Origin: Trypethelium eluteriae
Lineage: Eukaryota
Direction of reading: 5' to 3'
NCBI GenBank assembly: GCA_051942245.1
Contig: JAVECL010000049.1
Span: 1 to 64,000 of the forward strand
DNA: 64,000 nucleotides
The notes under the pieces are model-generated. The model was given only the letters and a program-made list of their open reading frames with translations. It searched no databases and was not told the origin of the DNA. Below are positions 37,655 through 51,449 of this stretch, in pieces. Both the position numbers and the translations under genes were made by a program. The first letter of the stretch is position 1. Every line of letters begins with the position of its first letter.

Positions 37655-40600
37655 ATGGCATCAACGGAGAAGTTGGAGCGTGGAATTCGCATCGCTATCG
37701 ATGTATGGACTCTGCCCTCAAACCTTCTTCTTACCACTACTAATACTAAGATATGACAGCGCGGTGGCACCTTTACCGATTGCGTCGGCAATCCGGGCAC
37801 GGGCAAAATGGAAGATGACATCTTGATTAAACTCCTTTCCGAGGACCCTTCTAACTACGATGACGCGCCTCTAGAAGGTATCCGGCGTCTCCTTTCGAAG
37901 TTCACCGGCCGTGAGATTCCTCGCGGCGAGCCCCTTGACACGTCCAAGATAGAATCAATAAGAATGGGTACAACTGTAGCCACGAATGCTCTGCTTGAGA
38001 GGAAAGGCCAGGACATTGCAATGGTGGTCACCAAGGGGTTCAGAGATTGCTTGGAAATTGGCAATCAGAGTCGACGAAACATCTTCGATCTGGCAATACG
38101 GAAACCAGACGTATTATACAAGATAGTCGTGGAGATTGACGAGCGAGTGACGTTAGAAGATTATGCTGAAGATCCTGAGAGAAACGAGACGCCGGCGGAT
38201 ACGACAGATAAAGCGGGGAACAGTGCCGAGCTTGTAAAAGGACTGAGCGGTGAAACAATTAGGATATTAAAGAGGCCGGTGGAGATTACAATCAAAGAGC
38301 AATTAAAGGAAGTGTACGATCAAGGCTTCAGAAGCATAGCTGTTTGTCTAATGCACGGGTATACATTTCCGCAACACGAGGCACTTGTTGGTAAAATAGC
38401 AAGAGAGATTGGTTTCGAGCACGTCAGCTTGAGCCACGAGCTCATGCCGATGATCAAGCTTGTCCCAAGAGCGACTTCCGCGTGTGCTGATGCATATCTA
38501 ACACCAGCTATCAAGAAATATATCAAGGGGTTCGAGGCTGGTTTCGGAGGCGGACTGGGAACCGAGAGCGTCAAAAGGGAACGTGGAGCAAAAGGTGCCC
38601 GATGCGAATTCATGCAGTCAGACGGCGGTCTCGTAGATGTCGACATATTTTCGGGACTGCGGGCCATTCTTTCTGGGCCGGCTGGAGGAGTTGTCGGGTA
38701 CGCGCTCACATCCTATGATCCTGAGACGCAAATACCTGTCATTGGCTTCGATATGGGAGGCACAAGTACGGACGTTAGTCGATATGGCTCAGGTAGGTAT
38801 GACCATGTCTTCGAGACTACGACTGCTGGTGTGACTATACAATCGCCACAGCTAGACATCAACACGGTAGCTGCCGGTGGTGGCTCTCGTCTTTTCTGGA
38901 GAAATGGTCTGTTTGTCGTGGGTCCGGAGTCAGCAAGTGCACATCCGGGCCCAGCTTGCTATCGGAAGGGTGGCCCTTTGGCAATCACCGATGCAAATCT
39001 TTTTCTGGGTCGCTTACTACCAGACTTCTTCCCCAAAATCTTCGGTGAGAAAGAGAATGAAGGCCTGGATGCAAGTGCGAGCGAGAATCTCTTCAAAGAG
39101 CTGGCGGAGGAGATCAACAAAGACGTCGCCGGTACCGATAAGTCAAAAGAGATGTCCATCGATGAAATTGCTTATGGTTTCATCAAGATTGCCAACGAAA
39201 CAATGACAAGGCCCATTCGCTCATTGACTGAGGCAAGAGGTCACGACACATCGAAGCATCGCCTCGCCACTTTTGGTGGAGCTGGTGGACAGCACGCTGT
39301 TGCCATTGCGGAAGCACTTGGCATTACTCAAATATTGGTTCATCGATATTCTTCAGTACTCTCAGCATATGGCATGGCTCTTGCGGATGTGGTTGATGAA
39401 CGCCAGGAACCAGAGTCAAAGGTTTGGTCGGACGAAGGAGATGTACGCAAGTACCTGCAAGATAAGATGCAAGATCTCAAGCAAAGATCAGTTGAGACCC
39501 TCAAAGATCAAGGATTCACAGAAGACAAGATAGAATTTGAAGAATACCTCAATATGCGCTATCGAGGTACCGAGTCCGCTCTGATGATCATTAGACCAGA
39601 CAAAGATGAAGCAGAAAATAAGTACAAAGGCGATCAATGGGCGTTTGGAAAGGCCTTCGTCAAGCAGCATGAGCAGGAATTTGGGTTTACGCTTCCTGAC
39701 CGGGACATCATTATCGACGATGTCCGAGCAAGAGGTATCGGCAAGACGTTTGAGGGCCTAGAAAAGACAGTCGATCGGCAGTTGAAGGACATTAAGCCAC
39801 AGGACCTAGGCCGTGGAGAGAAAGAATATGGCAGACGCCAGGTATACTTCGAAGGGGGAAGGCAAGACACCCCAATATACAAATTGGAAGACCTGGATAC
39901 TGGCGATCGTATCAAAGGACCAGCGATTCTCGCTGACGGTACCCAAACAATAGTCGTTACCCCCGGAGCCTCAGCTTCCCTGATAGACACTCATGTCGTT
40001 ATCAGCATTGGTGAAGTTTCTGGCCAGGACAAGAAAATCAATACTACAGAAGTTGACCCCATTATGCTCAGCATTTTCGCGCATCGCTTCATGGCCATTG
40101 CGGAGCAAATGGGCCGAGCTTTGCAAAAGACAAGTGTTAGCACCAATGTCAAAGAACGTCTAGACTACTCCTGCGCGTTGTTTGACTCCAATGGTGGGCT
40201 CGTGGCTAACGCACCACACCTTCCAGTCCACTTGGGCAGCATGTCCACGTGTGTACAGAGGCAAGCCTCTATATGGAAGGGAAAGCTCAAGCGCGGCGAT
40301 GTTCTGGTCTCGAACCATCCCATGTACGGCGGAACGCACCTACCCGACATCACAGTCATCACCCCTGCGTTCAGTGGAGAAAAAATCGTCTTCTATGTGG
40401 CATCGAGAGCGCACCATGCAGACATTGGCGGTATACTCCCAGGCTCAATGCCACCGCATTCGCGAGAGCTGTTCCAAGAAGGAGCTGCCATCAAGTCAGA
40501 AAAGCTTGTTTCCGAAGGCCACTTCAATGAGAAGCGGATAACTGAACTACTGTTCCACGAGCCTGCCCAGTGGCCTGGATGTAGTGGGACGAGATGTCTT

Positions 40601-41905
40601 GCGGATAATTTGAACGATTTGAAGGCGCAGATTGCAGCGAATCAGAAGGGCATCAACTTGATTAGTACGCTCATCGAAGAATACGGTGAAGAAGTTGTGC
40701 AATTCTACATGCACAATATTCAGGACAATGCAGAGTTGAGTGTCAAGAATCTGCTGAAAAGCGTGAGTAAGAGATTCGAGGGTCGTGATCTGAGTGCGGT
40801 AGACTATATGGATGATGGCAGCCCTATCAAGCTAAAAATAACCATTGATGGGGAGAAGGGGGAGGCAGCCTTCGACTTTTCAGGCACTGGTCCAGAGGTC
40901 TACGGTAAGCGGGGATTCTCTCTGGCTGATGTCACGACGACTCGTATACTGACGAGTAACACAGCAAACATTAACGCTCCGGAAGCCGTCACCTTTTCTG
41001 CAATTATCTATTGCCTGCGTGCCCTGATTAGTGAAGATATCCCTCTGAATCAAGGATGTCTCACCCCGATCCGAATAATCATCCCACCCCGCTCGTTCCT
41101 TTCTCCATCCGACAAGGCCGCTGTGGTCGGCGGTAATGTTCTGACATCTCAACGTGTCACCGACGTCGTGCTCAAAGCCTTCCAAGCGTGTGCGGCAAGT
41201 CAAGGCGATTGCAACAATCTGACGTTTGGCTTCGGGGGCAACCTGGAAGGCGAGAAGGAAGTCAAAGGCTTCGGATACTACGAGACGATAGCGGGTGGCA
41301 GCGGGGCGGGCGAGACATGGGAAGGCACAAATGGGGTGCACACTCATATGACCAACACCAGGATCACGGACGCAGAGGTGTTCGAAAGACGCTACCCGGT
41401 CATTTTGAGAGAGTTCAGTTTGCGGAAAGGAAGCGGTGGCAATGGAATGCACAAGGGAGGCGATGGGGTCGTCAGAGATATCGAGTTCAGGATTCCAGTG
41501 CAAGCAAGTATCTTGAGTGAAAGAAGAGTCTACCACCCGTATGGTCTGGCTGGTGGAGAAGACGCTGAATGCGGTCTGAACATATGGGTCAGAAAGGTGC
41601 CAAAGAGCAAGGGCAGCGATGAGAATGTCAAAAATGCGGAAGATGGAGTGAATGGTCTGCCTCAAGAACAAGATCTGTCAAAGGACAGTGAGACTGAAGA
41701 GTATCGACACGTCAATTTGGGAGGAAAGAACACAGCAAGCATGCAAGCCGGAGAGAGAATCATCGTGATGACTCCGGGTGGCGGAGGTTGGGGTACACCT
41801 GGGCAAGAAAGTGCAGCCAGCAAGCAGCAATGGAAGGACCCAAAACACTGGTGGCGACAAGGAAGTGTTGCGAGTCGACAGGCTGAGGCTGAGGCATCTG
41901 CTTGA
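37655..41905 (+). CDS. OXP1: ATP-dependent 5-oxoprolinase
   Basis: IAID, then intron 37703-37759, then RGGTFTD. Also MGTTVATNALLERKG, DMGGTSTD, KERLDYSCA, HLPDIT, YYETIAGG. Second intron 40905-40964. Confidence 0.96.
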
Positions 41906-41938
41906 ATGAGTTGCGATTTGCCTGATGCTTCAGCTAAT

Positions 41939-42615
41939 TCATTCGGCTCCCCAAAATTCCTTCCCGCCCTGATCCCAGACTGGGAATACTTTAAGCTTGC
42001 TCACTCGCCACGGATTTCCTCCGGCCTTTTCTGCAAGTTCCGGAATGCGCAAAAGCTCAAACTCGCCTCTACCGCCGTTCCGAGTTTCTCTGACCTCGCC
42101 ATTGATCAGCTTCTTCCGCAAGTAGGCGGTTACGTTAACCACTGCATTTGCTTTGTTGGGCACAGATGCTTCAGGGCCTGGAGATGGCAGTTCTGGTAGG
42201 ATTGAGCTGGTTCGGATCAGCTCATGGCTTTCCACAAAATACTAGCTCTATCGAGAGGACGCAGAAGTGGATGAGCACAAGAAGTATCTGAGGGAACTTA
42301 CGTGAGTATGTGCTGAGTAACGTCCATTTTCTGCATGAGCTCTGTCCAATTAGCTTGTTGTGCTTGTGCCGTTCTTTGAATCGGCTCTCCCCCGAACATC
42401 GCTGTATAATCCATCGTTACTGTGGGGGCGAGGACGTGAGACGACAACAGCGAATATTGCTGGGAATCAACAGCATAGTACTTATCAGTATGTCAGCGTC
42501 GAGAATGGGTCAAATGAGCTGTGTTTCTAGCACGTACCATCCTTGTAAGCGTATCATGGATCTGGGCTCGATCGAGTAAATATTGCTGCATAGAATACGT
42601 TTCTGAAGAAGTCAT
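41939..42615 (-). CDS. SnoaL/NTF2-like domain protein (3 exons; only the last exon appears in the ORF track)
   Basis: The spliced product reads MTSSETYSMQQYLLDRAQIHDTLTRM / YYAVDSQQY...MDYTAMFGG...TQHILT / SILPELP...RNGGRGEFEL...WRVSKLKV. Both introns have canonical donors (GTACGT, GTAAGT) and branch sites. Confidence 0.8.
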
Positions 42616-43437
42616 GATTGTTGGAGACAATGAGTTTTGGGAAATCAGATTCTTTCAAGGCCCCGAAAGACGACAGGTGAGCTACAACGAGGCTACTTTT
42701 TATCGAGAACTTCGTAGGTTTCATGCTTCACATGAGGTACGTTCAGTTCTTATGTATAAAGGCTCCCGGACCTCGAGTCCTTCCGATTCGCTAAAGTTTG
42801 CCTGTTTCGGATCAGGCACCCAGTAAGTTGTCACCGCACTCAAGAAGCTCTCGGCACCGTGTAAGGGCATGTCTCTCTCGAACGGAATAGCGATACAATA
42901 CATCCAAGGTCTGCAAGAATTCCGTCTATCATCAAGGCCATGATCAAGAGATTAGAAAAGGATCCTGGGAGAGGAAAGCAGGTTGATTGGCTATGAGCGT
43001 GGAACGACGCCCCACTGGTCCTTGTCCAGTCTAGTTGTCTCCTTTCCCGCCGTATCTTCACCAGTGTACAACCTCATCCAGAAATCCTCGCGACCTGGTA
43101 TTCTTCTTCACGGTTGCGGCCATGGCATGCAAACTCTATTGAGATCACCGTACTTTCTCCATGATCTGATTTGGTTTTCTGGAAGTCTCGCAGATCCATC
43201 TCGCGAAGCATTGCATTCCACTAGAAGTTATGGTATCGTACGCAGCCGGTTACCAACGCCTCATCCTAGCCAAGTGTCCAATCTGCTCCTCGGAGTGCTA
43301 CATCCGGGCGAAGGGAAGTCTTTATTCAATTGGTTGACTACGTAAAGTTCGGAAACACGAGGCCCGATTATTGTTTTCAAGCTCCTGATGTCTAACTTGA
43401 GCTCCTACCGCCATGGTAGAGATCCTTTTCGCTAAAA

Positions 43438-43798
43438 CCCCGCAGTTAAGGTGCCATTCTAGACTCTGTGGCCCTCCATCTATAGCAATGTTCAGTGACT
43501 AGATTTGCGTCGAAACATTCGAAGGCTCGTCGTAGTCCTATAGTTCCATCCATCCCCGCCGTGCTAACCAGGGATGACTCTTTCGCCGCAAATGAGCATG
43601 AGCGGACAGATATTGATTGGAGCTCCTGACATGCTGTTCGGGGCTTCTCAATAGACGATGTTGATTTGCGCTCAAACCTACTGACCAATTCATGCGGCCA
43701 ACCAGCTCTTCCAGTCAATCATCCCCGCACTTCGATCCGCCGCCTGCGTATCTTTACACGCCACGCTTCGAGGCACGCACATTATTACGGTATAAATA
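43438..43798 (+). promoter_or_regulatory. promoter with three CreA-type sites (CCCCGC) and a TATAAATA box
   Basis: CCCCGC, which matches the reverse complement of SYGGRG, at 43438, 43554 and 43723. TATAAATA at 43791, about 97 nt before the ATG at 43888. Confidence 0.35.
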
Positions 43799-43887
43799 TC
43801 AGATGAATCCCAAGCGAGTGGAGTTCGCAGTTTGTTGCAATTCTAAGGTTTGACTACCATTGATTCAACATTCACTCAGCGATCAAT

Positions 43888-45516
43888 ATGGCATCTCAAG
43901 AATACGATCTGATAGTTGTTGGTTCCGGCTTCGCCGGCTGCATGGCCACACTCAACTTCCTCGAAACTTGCAAAGCAGAAAACAAACAGGGTCGCGTTGC
44001 ACTCATCGAAGCTGGAAAGGCAGACGAACGTTGTGGTGCATCTCGGTGGACTATGGCCTACCTGCGGCTCGACAAGGACCTCGCTTTTGATGACGATTGG
44101 AAACACGAGATGCAAACGGTGAGTAAGGGCCAAGCGGACCAGGAATATTGTCAAAAATTGCAGAGTGAAGCACAGACGACTGCAAAGTATCTGGAAGCCC
44201 ATGGAGTGAAATTCGTACATCATGATGAACAGAATGTTTTACTTGAGTTCAAGACAGCGCAACATTTTGTGTTTCCTGAAGGCGGTGGAAATGCTGTCAT
44301 TTCCAACTTGATGGACCATATCATCAGCTATCCGGATTGTGACGTATATTGGGAGACGAATGGAATGCATGTCCTTACCAATCAACAGGGAGCGGTCAGG
44401 GGTCTGCAAGTCAGAAAGAAAGACGGCTTGCTGCACGAACTGTAAGTAGCCGTTTAGCATGGTAGACACGATTCTATTGCTAATAGAGACAGTGCTGCCC
44501 AGGACGTTGTGCTCGCATGCGGGGGCTTTGAGGGAAACCGAGAGATGTTGGCTAAATATGTAGGAAACCGTACGCATGAATTGCCGTTAATTGCTCCAGG
44601 ATTGAAGTACAACAGAGGAGCTGGGCTCAACATGGCTCTAGAGCTTGGAGCGCAAACAGCAGGATCATTTGACGGAATTCACTGTGAGTTGGTAGATACT
44701 AGAGCTACGAAGCCCGATGCTGTAATTTGGGGTTCGTATGCGACCGAATCCGGGTTACTGAGCTCACACCTCCCTCAGGACACAACTACGGTATTGTCGT
44801 CAACGAGCACTGCAAGCGCTTCTATGATGAAGGAAAGCGCCACCTTTTTGCGACATTCGAGATGATTGCCTTGCAATTGTGGCGAGATCAGAATCAAAAA
44901 GGATACTTCATCACTGATGATACGATCATGAAGCGTTTCCGTCCCGGATGGGTCTACGATACGACCGACCAAGAGCCAGTTCAGGCCAACACCATTCGCG
45001 AATTGGCCAAAAGACTGGGTTGTGATGGCGGCGCGCTCGAAAAGACCGTCGAAGAGTTCAATGCTGCGTGTAACGACAACCCGTTCGACCTGATGAAACT
45101 TGATGGAAAGGCGACAGCGGGCTTACATCCCAATAAGACTAATTGGGCAAATCCCATCGAAACAGCGCCCTTTTACGGGTAGGTCCTCCTGAGATCCTTC
45201 CTCGCCAGTCCCTTGTGCTGACATCTTGTAGTTTTCCACTGGAGTCGCATCTCACTTTCACTTATGGCGGAGTCAGAACAAATACGAATGCTCAAGTGTT
45301 GGGTACAAACGATGTGCCAATACCAGGTCTTTGGGCTGCCGGAGAAATGACGGGTCTTTTCTACAATGGTCAGTCTTTCTCTCTTCGTACTACTTTTACA
45401 GCTGGCATGGACACTTATTGAACGAATACACAGAGTATCCTCCAGCAACATCAGTTTTGCGGTCGTTGACATTCGGGCGCCTTGCTGGCACGCAGATTGC
45501 ACAGAAGCTCAAATAG
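43888..45516 (+). CDS. FAD-binding flavoprotein of the fumarate reductase family, tricarballylate dehydrogenase (TcuA)-like
   Basis: VVGSGFAG, LACGGFEGNREML, YGIVVNEHCKRFYDEG, TFTYGGVRTN, IPGLWAAGEMTGLFYNEYP...TFGRLAG. Four introns. Confidence 0.82.
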
Positions 45517-47548
45517 GACCAGTCTCTGGTATCCAATGATACTTGCGTCTCGATGACTCCACGCAATTATTCTGTCTCATTGGTTTGCTATGTGGTAAGC
45601 ATAATTCTCTTTGGGAATTAGCGTTCACTTTGTAGTACTTCGAGGCCAGCTATCGAGGAAGCACGCGTAAGTAGTCAGCACAATGTAAAATCCCAGGCGA
45701 TACGCATTCGCCTCAAAGCCAAGGACATTTGAAACGAAGAACGAAATGCTGTTGTCTAGTTCTGCTGATCAAAACAATAGTGCTCAAGTCCGAAAAAAAC
45801 TCACCGGGTCGCTCAAGCAATGCACAAAGTTTGGGCTTTGCGGGTTCTCATACCTCACGCTTTTTTCGCCTCCACAGCGGCATTTGCTCCCAACTGTTTA
45901 TTTTCCGTCACGGAGAAATCGAGATATGAAGTTTTCGGTTCGGAATCGGGGGCTCAACATGTTTCCGCGGAGATCTGGTTTGAACAAAACCACGGATTGC
46001 TTCTGTCGGCTCGTTGGCCAGACACTGAACGGCAAGGTACCAAAGCCACAGTTTGCAGAGCACCGAAAGGGAAGAAGCCGCGCTGTTTCATTTCCTAAAA
46101 TGACTTCGACGTCTCGATCGGCAATGCAACCCGCCTGAAACCTACTGTACCGTACACCTTCCATTTCACGGTTATCCTCTATCTACCTTCCTACGCTTTC
46201 GATGATGGCTATTGTTGGATTTGCTTTGCATTTGAAGGCACATTTGTGAGACTAATCATGACGGATTGGCCAACAGGTCTTGCTTGGCACTCTTTGCCCA
46301 GGTCTAGTGTTCCCTTCAGAGCAGTACATACAGAGCCGAGAAGAGGAACTACATCCTATTCTATAAGAATTTCAACATTGGAAAAAGTCTGTGGACTTCC
46401 AATTGACTCAGTTGCGCCTCACCAACGCTGCAGCTCGGAGGCGCTCTCTCTTTGAGATGGAGGTTGAGGAACAGGAGGCTGAGAGATCTGCAGGTCGTAC
46501 AGACACGCTTCCGATTCCCTACCAATCAAAGGAGTTGCTCTGCTACGATCCCGCATATCTCGTGCAGCCAATTTGTCAAATTGTCGACGTCACTTAAGCA
46601 ACAGGATCTGGCTGAAAATTGCATAGGGTCCGATGCGAAAGGGAATCCTCTGCACTGGCCTTATGGACGACACTGCTGCCTGGCATTTCTTGGGTGCCGC
46701 CCTTTTGCATACGTTCGGACGAGTGCCAAACGAGGCCATGCCGGTCATGGAAGGAGGTACCGTTTGCCTGCCACTAACACAGTGGGAAATCTAGCCAAAT
46801 CTGTCTGGATTGTTTCAACTAAAGAAATCTCCTCATGGAGCGTCAAATTGTTTATACAGCTCTGTGCCGCGCGGATGCATTTGTGAAGCGCGCTAGAGTG
46901 GAACCGGGATTCCATCAATCCTACCGTATACTTTGTTTTCCCAACTCCTCTCCATCTCTGCGGCCACCATATTGCCAGCACCCAAGATGTGCAGTGCGGA
47001 CATGGCGATCACCATGCGCGCCCGACAGAATGTAAAACTGTGACTGTTGGTTTGCAGCCTCTGGGCGCAGCTGCTTTGCAAAACCAATTATAAGTGCGGA
47101 CGTACAAGCGAGCTGGCCGCATACTTCCCAAAGCGGAAAAAGAAATCGTCTGGACCGGTCACCAAGTGACCCTCAGCGCACCGGTCTGACAATTGTACTT
47201 CCATTACGAAAAAATAAAAATAGATCTACAGGTGGCTCACTTTTGCTAAATGGGATCTAGATAATCGTCCATGCCCGAGCTGCGGTCAATCTTGCTGTAT
47301 TCAATCTGCATGTCTCCGACCAACAAGAACACCGAGTCCGAAGAGCTTCGAAGATGTTGCGTCATACTCTCATCGTGTTCAAATTTCTGTGCCTCGAAGC
47401 TCTATCTAAGCATAAGGTAGGTAATGAAGAGAAGTAAGAACACGCTGTAATCAATAATGGTATCTATTTAGATGGCAACTCGTCCCATGGAACTTCCTTA
47501 ACCAAATTATTTCGAGTATTTCTTCCTTCATCTTCTTTTAATACTAAA

Positions 47549-49881
47549 ATGGTCCGGTACCTTTCTTTTGTGGCCTTGACGGCTTTTTCAACATTTGGAT
47601 GGGGCCTGGAAATATCTTCGTCTTCCAACTTGGCTAGGACGAAACCACAGCCTTATACTGAGAGCCTGGCTGCTCCAACTACAGTCCTTACTACCTCTTC
47701 TGATCATCGACGGTCTCTTCATTCAGAGAATAAAAAACACCACGCCAGATTAAACGATCGCTCTCCTTTCCCTAAACATCACGAGCATTTGCATCACCGC
47801 CCGCGCGATAATCATAATGCAACCTCCTATCGAAAGTTTAACCAGGACGCGCTGTCTAGCGACAGGGCGAACGCAACACTCAGAAACAGTACCGGCCTCG
47901 ATGGCCCAGAATCTGGACCGAACAAAAACCATGTGGCCTCTCTCCCTTTCGCCAAAGTAACCCCACAGGAGCAATCCTCAATTACACCGACGCCATTACC
48001 GACGTCTCAACCTGGATCGAACACGACACAAAACACATATTTCCAACCAGCTTTTAGTCACGGAGCTAATCCAAGTAACCCAACTTCGTGGAAATCGCAA
48101 CCAACCCCCAATTTTGCCTACACTCGAAATGGAGGCCGCAGAGATATGTCCCAGCAACATCAGTTCGTGAATATGAACGTCGGGTTCCATGGTAATCGTA
48201 CCGCAGTCGACCTCGAGAGCACCGATGGAGCGCAGCAGATTGACTGCAACGAGACTCATTGGCGCATTCAAACTAAGGATAAGGCGCATTTTGATGTTGC
48301 TATGTCTTGGCCACACGATGTCATCCTTGTCACCGGCAGCTTTTGTGAGACGGGCGAGACGAGAAGACTTATCGAAGTCCAAGAACTTTCTTTCCCAGAG
48401 CCTAGCGTCATTGTCGCCAACGGAAAGCCGGGTTTTCTGAACAATGGGCTTCCAGTGTCCACTGTCTCGGTTGAATTCGGTAACCACAGGCCATCGGACT
48501 CGTCTAGCGCACTTACACCAATAGCTACAGCGCCTACACAACCGGCAGCCCAGCCCGATCAGCCGGGGCCTTCAACCGTATACAATAAAAGGGGTTGGTT
48601 CAAATCTGAGTGGAGCAAGGCAACTTCTCATATTGGATCTGCGGCGTCTGTCGTGACTTCTCACGTTGAATCTGCGGCGTCTGTCGTAACTTCTCATGTA
48701 GAAGCTGCAGCGTCTCTCCACGGGAGTACAAGTAAATCAATGCATATCCAAGTTCCAAAAGCAACACCAACAGGTACTTCCCCTTTCAGTACTACTGGCA
48801 ATAAGCTTGCGTCTTTCCATGGTATGGATGTTTGGGATCTTGGGATGCAGGTCAACGGTGGTATAGAACTTGGTGGCGGGTTCACAGCAGACTTGGCCCA
48901 TATTGGAAAAAAAGGTTGGGCCTCAGCATACATGTTCATGCACGGCTCTGATTGGAACTTCGATTTCCCTCTTGGCCTCGAGTTTCAAGGGACTAACGAA
49001 CACTACGAAAACACAAATTTAACGATCGGTGAACCTATCGACTTATGTGCAGAGTTCGGCTGTATTGCAGTGCAAGACATCTTCGAGATCGGCTCTTTCC
49101 TTCAGATGAATTTGAACGCCACGATAGACGTGAAGACTAGTGGAAAGATCAACATGGGCACCAAATACTCATATGCAGCGCCTCAGGTGTATTGGGGTAC
49201 CGACTCACAAAATGCCACTGGCTTCGAACCTTCTAACAGAGAGAAGTGGTTCAATGTCAGTGATGGTTCTATACAAGTATCCGGAGGACTTGGACTAGAC
49301 TTTGTGCAGCTCAACGGCCTCAAGATCACAAAGGTCAAAGAAGCGGACTTCTATGTCCAAATCGTGGATGGCGTATCAGTGGCAGCAACCGTTACGAAGG
49401 AACAGAAAGGCAGTTCAAAGTCCCGAAGAGATATATCCGCCCGGGAACATCCAAAAGACGTCCTTGCGAGGGAACTGGCCAAAAGAGACACATGTCCTGG
49501 TCTTGGGGTCAAGTTAGAACTTGACGAAGCACTAATGCTTCAGGCTGATGCTGGTCCCTTCAACGGAGGCGCTACTCTATTCGCTACTCAAATTCCACTG
49601 TACAGTACATGCATCTCGTAAGTTGGATTACTTCGTAGCGCTCAGCTCGCTTGCTAATGCTGGTGTCTAGAAAGTCTACCTCATCCGCTCACTCCCCTAA
49701 TCCCACTCATTCCGCTAATTCAACTCATTCTACTAATTCAACTCATTCTGCTAATTCAACTATCTCGAGCGGTTCAGCACATTCCGCACTTTCCACTCCC
49801 TTCGGCTTCAAAAACTCAACTAATTCAACCCGCCCTACGCGTAACATGCGCCTTTTCCCCTCCATTACCCCCGCCCTCTAA
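47549..49881 (+). CDS. large secreted protein of unknown function with a beta-rich domain, internal repeats and dibasic (Kex2-like) sites
   Basis: Signal peptide and a 690-aa open frame. Intron 49618-49670 adds an Asn/Ser/Thr/His-rich tail. KR sites at YNKR/GWF and LAKR/DTC. Confidence 0.8.
48623..48715 (+). repeat. coding tandem repeat, 33-nt unit, about 2.8 copies (TSHVESAASVV)
   Basis: tctgcggcgtctgtcgt(g/a)acttctca(c/t)gt is repeated in frame. Confidence 0.85.
49705..49761 (+). repeat. coding tandem repeat, 18-nt unit, about 3 copies (THS(A/T)NS)
   Basis: actcattc(c/t)(g/a)ctaattca occurs three times, and each unit creates an N-S-T sequon. Confidence 0.8.
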
Positions 49882-51449
49882 AGACTCCAATTCAACTAAA
49901 TCCAGGATCACCTCAGGGGACAGTCGCATGGGAACTGAACTTGTTTAAATGGAATTGTATCGTCAATCTCCAAGAAACCTCACTGAAGGATTGAGAATGA
50001 GGGGAAGAACGAATGTACTAAAATATAGAACGGTGTGACGCTCATTTACCATGGGTCTGACTGGGTCATCGTTTATACTCTCTGCTGGCAGAGGACTGAC
50101 TGATGTAAAGAACTTAATTTTTAAGAATTAATGTACCTTAATCTATCCACTGTCCCGTCTTGCTCTGCTTTCGAGTCTTTTCTAGTATCCGGATGGTACG
50201 CTGCACCTTCTGCGCTGTACATTGTAGGAGTTGTAATCAAGTACCCAAACCAACCAGTCTTCTTGAACAGAACCGAATTATATCTTGACAAATATCAGGA
50301 GGTTCTGACGTAGATCGGGGGTTTGCGAAATGACTAGACGGTTGAGGCTCTGAAGGGTTCACCAATATTTGCACTCCGCACCTCCTTCATGGGAGGTCCT
50401 TCAATTTTGAACCTTCATCAACACCCGTATCCAAAATAGAGTGACAAATCATATTGAGCATAGCATGCAAGCAGAGATCGATAAATGCTTCAGAGTGGAG
50501 AGTAGAAATGTCAGATCCTCGAAAGCAGCATGAATGTTGTCGATTCGTGGAGGAAGATTGCCGGAGCGATCTCGTTGGTTGCGGATCTGCGAAATGGAAG
50601 CAACTCATATTACACCGTCTTTGCAGACCGAACCCGACGAAGTGCTGGGGTTGTTCTAGGCTATCCGTTTGCTGTCTGCACTGTTAATTGGGATCTACGG
50701 GATAGAAACTCATCTCTTTCACAACAGATGTCCTTAGATACCAAGGCCGCGATGATGGGCAAGACCCACCATCCTGTGGTACAGGCTTGAAAGAGGCTAC
50801 TTAGCTCCCACATGCAGCAGTTGGTGACGGGAGCCAATCGGGAAGATTCAAGAGACCCGGTGGTGAAGGCAACCCGAGACATGGACGATGTTGGTAGCTT
50901 CGCCTAAAAGGTAATTTCGGTCAAGTCTACAATGTGCAAGAAGTGACCAAAGTCCGCTCAAAACGAAGATCTGTACGGGCAAGAAGTATTAGGAAGCATC
51001 AGCGACAGCATGATTTTTTCCTAGAGAGCCAGAACAATAATCTCGGATAGGATACGTAATTAATGCTTCACAGAGGCTGTTTTGCATTCCGTACTCGAGT
51101 TACCTTTGCTCAAAAGGCAAGAAAATAGATGAATCGCACGCATGGCAAATCTCGGGCAGCAAACCTTCTGCCTAGCTGAGGTGGTACAAGACAGTGGTGT
51201 CTTCATCAAGGCACAGCCATTATCTACGTATCTGTAACTGCCCATTATGATGACCCCTGACATTTGGAATCAACAAGATCGTCCGCATTTTTATTCTCAT
51301 AGGCTATCTCTGTCCACTGCTAGATCTTGTCTCGGCTGCTCAAATCTCTCAGCCTCTTCCATAAAGGCCGCAGAGCTCATACTGTCGCAATCTTGCGACG
51401 TCGATCAGCTTGTGACAATCACACAAAGTACACGTTTTCAATGACCCAT

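Noticed and set aside
45729..47087. Several short overlapping ORFs between the flavoprotein and the secreted protein
   Set aside because: No consistent frame, motif or splice pattern.
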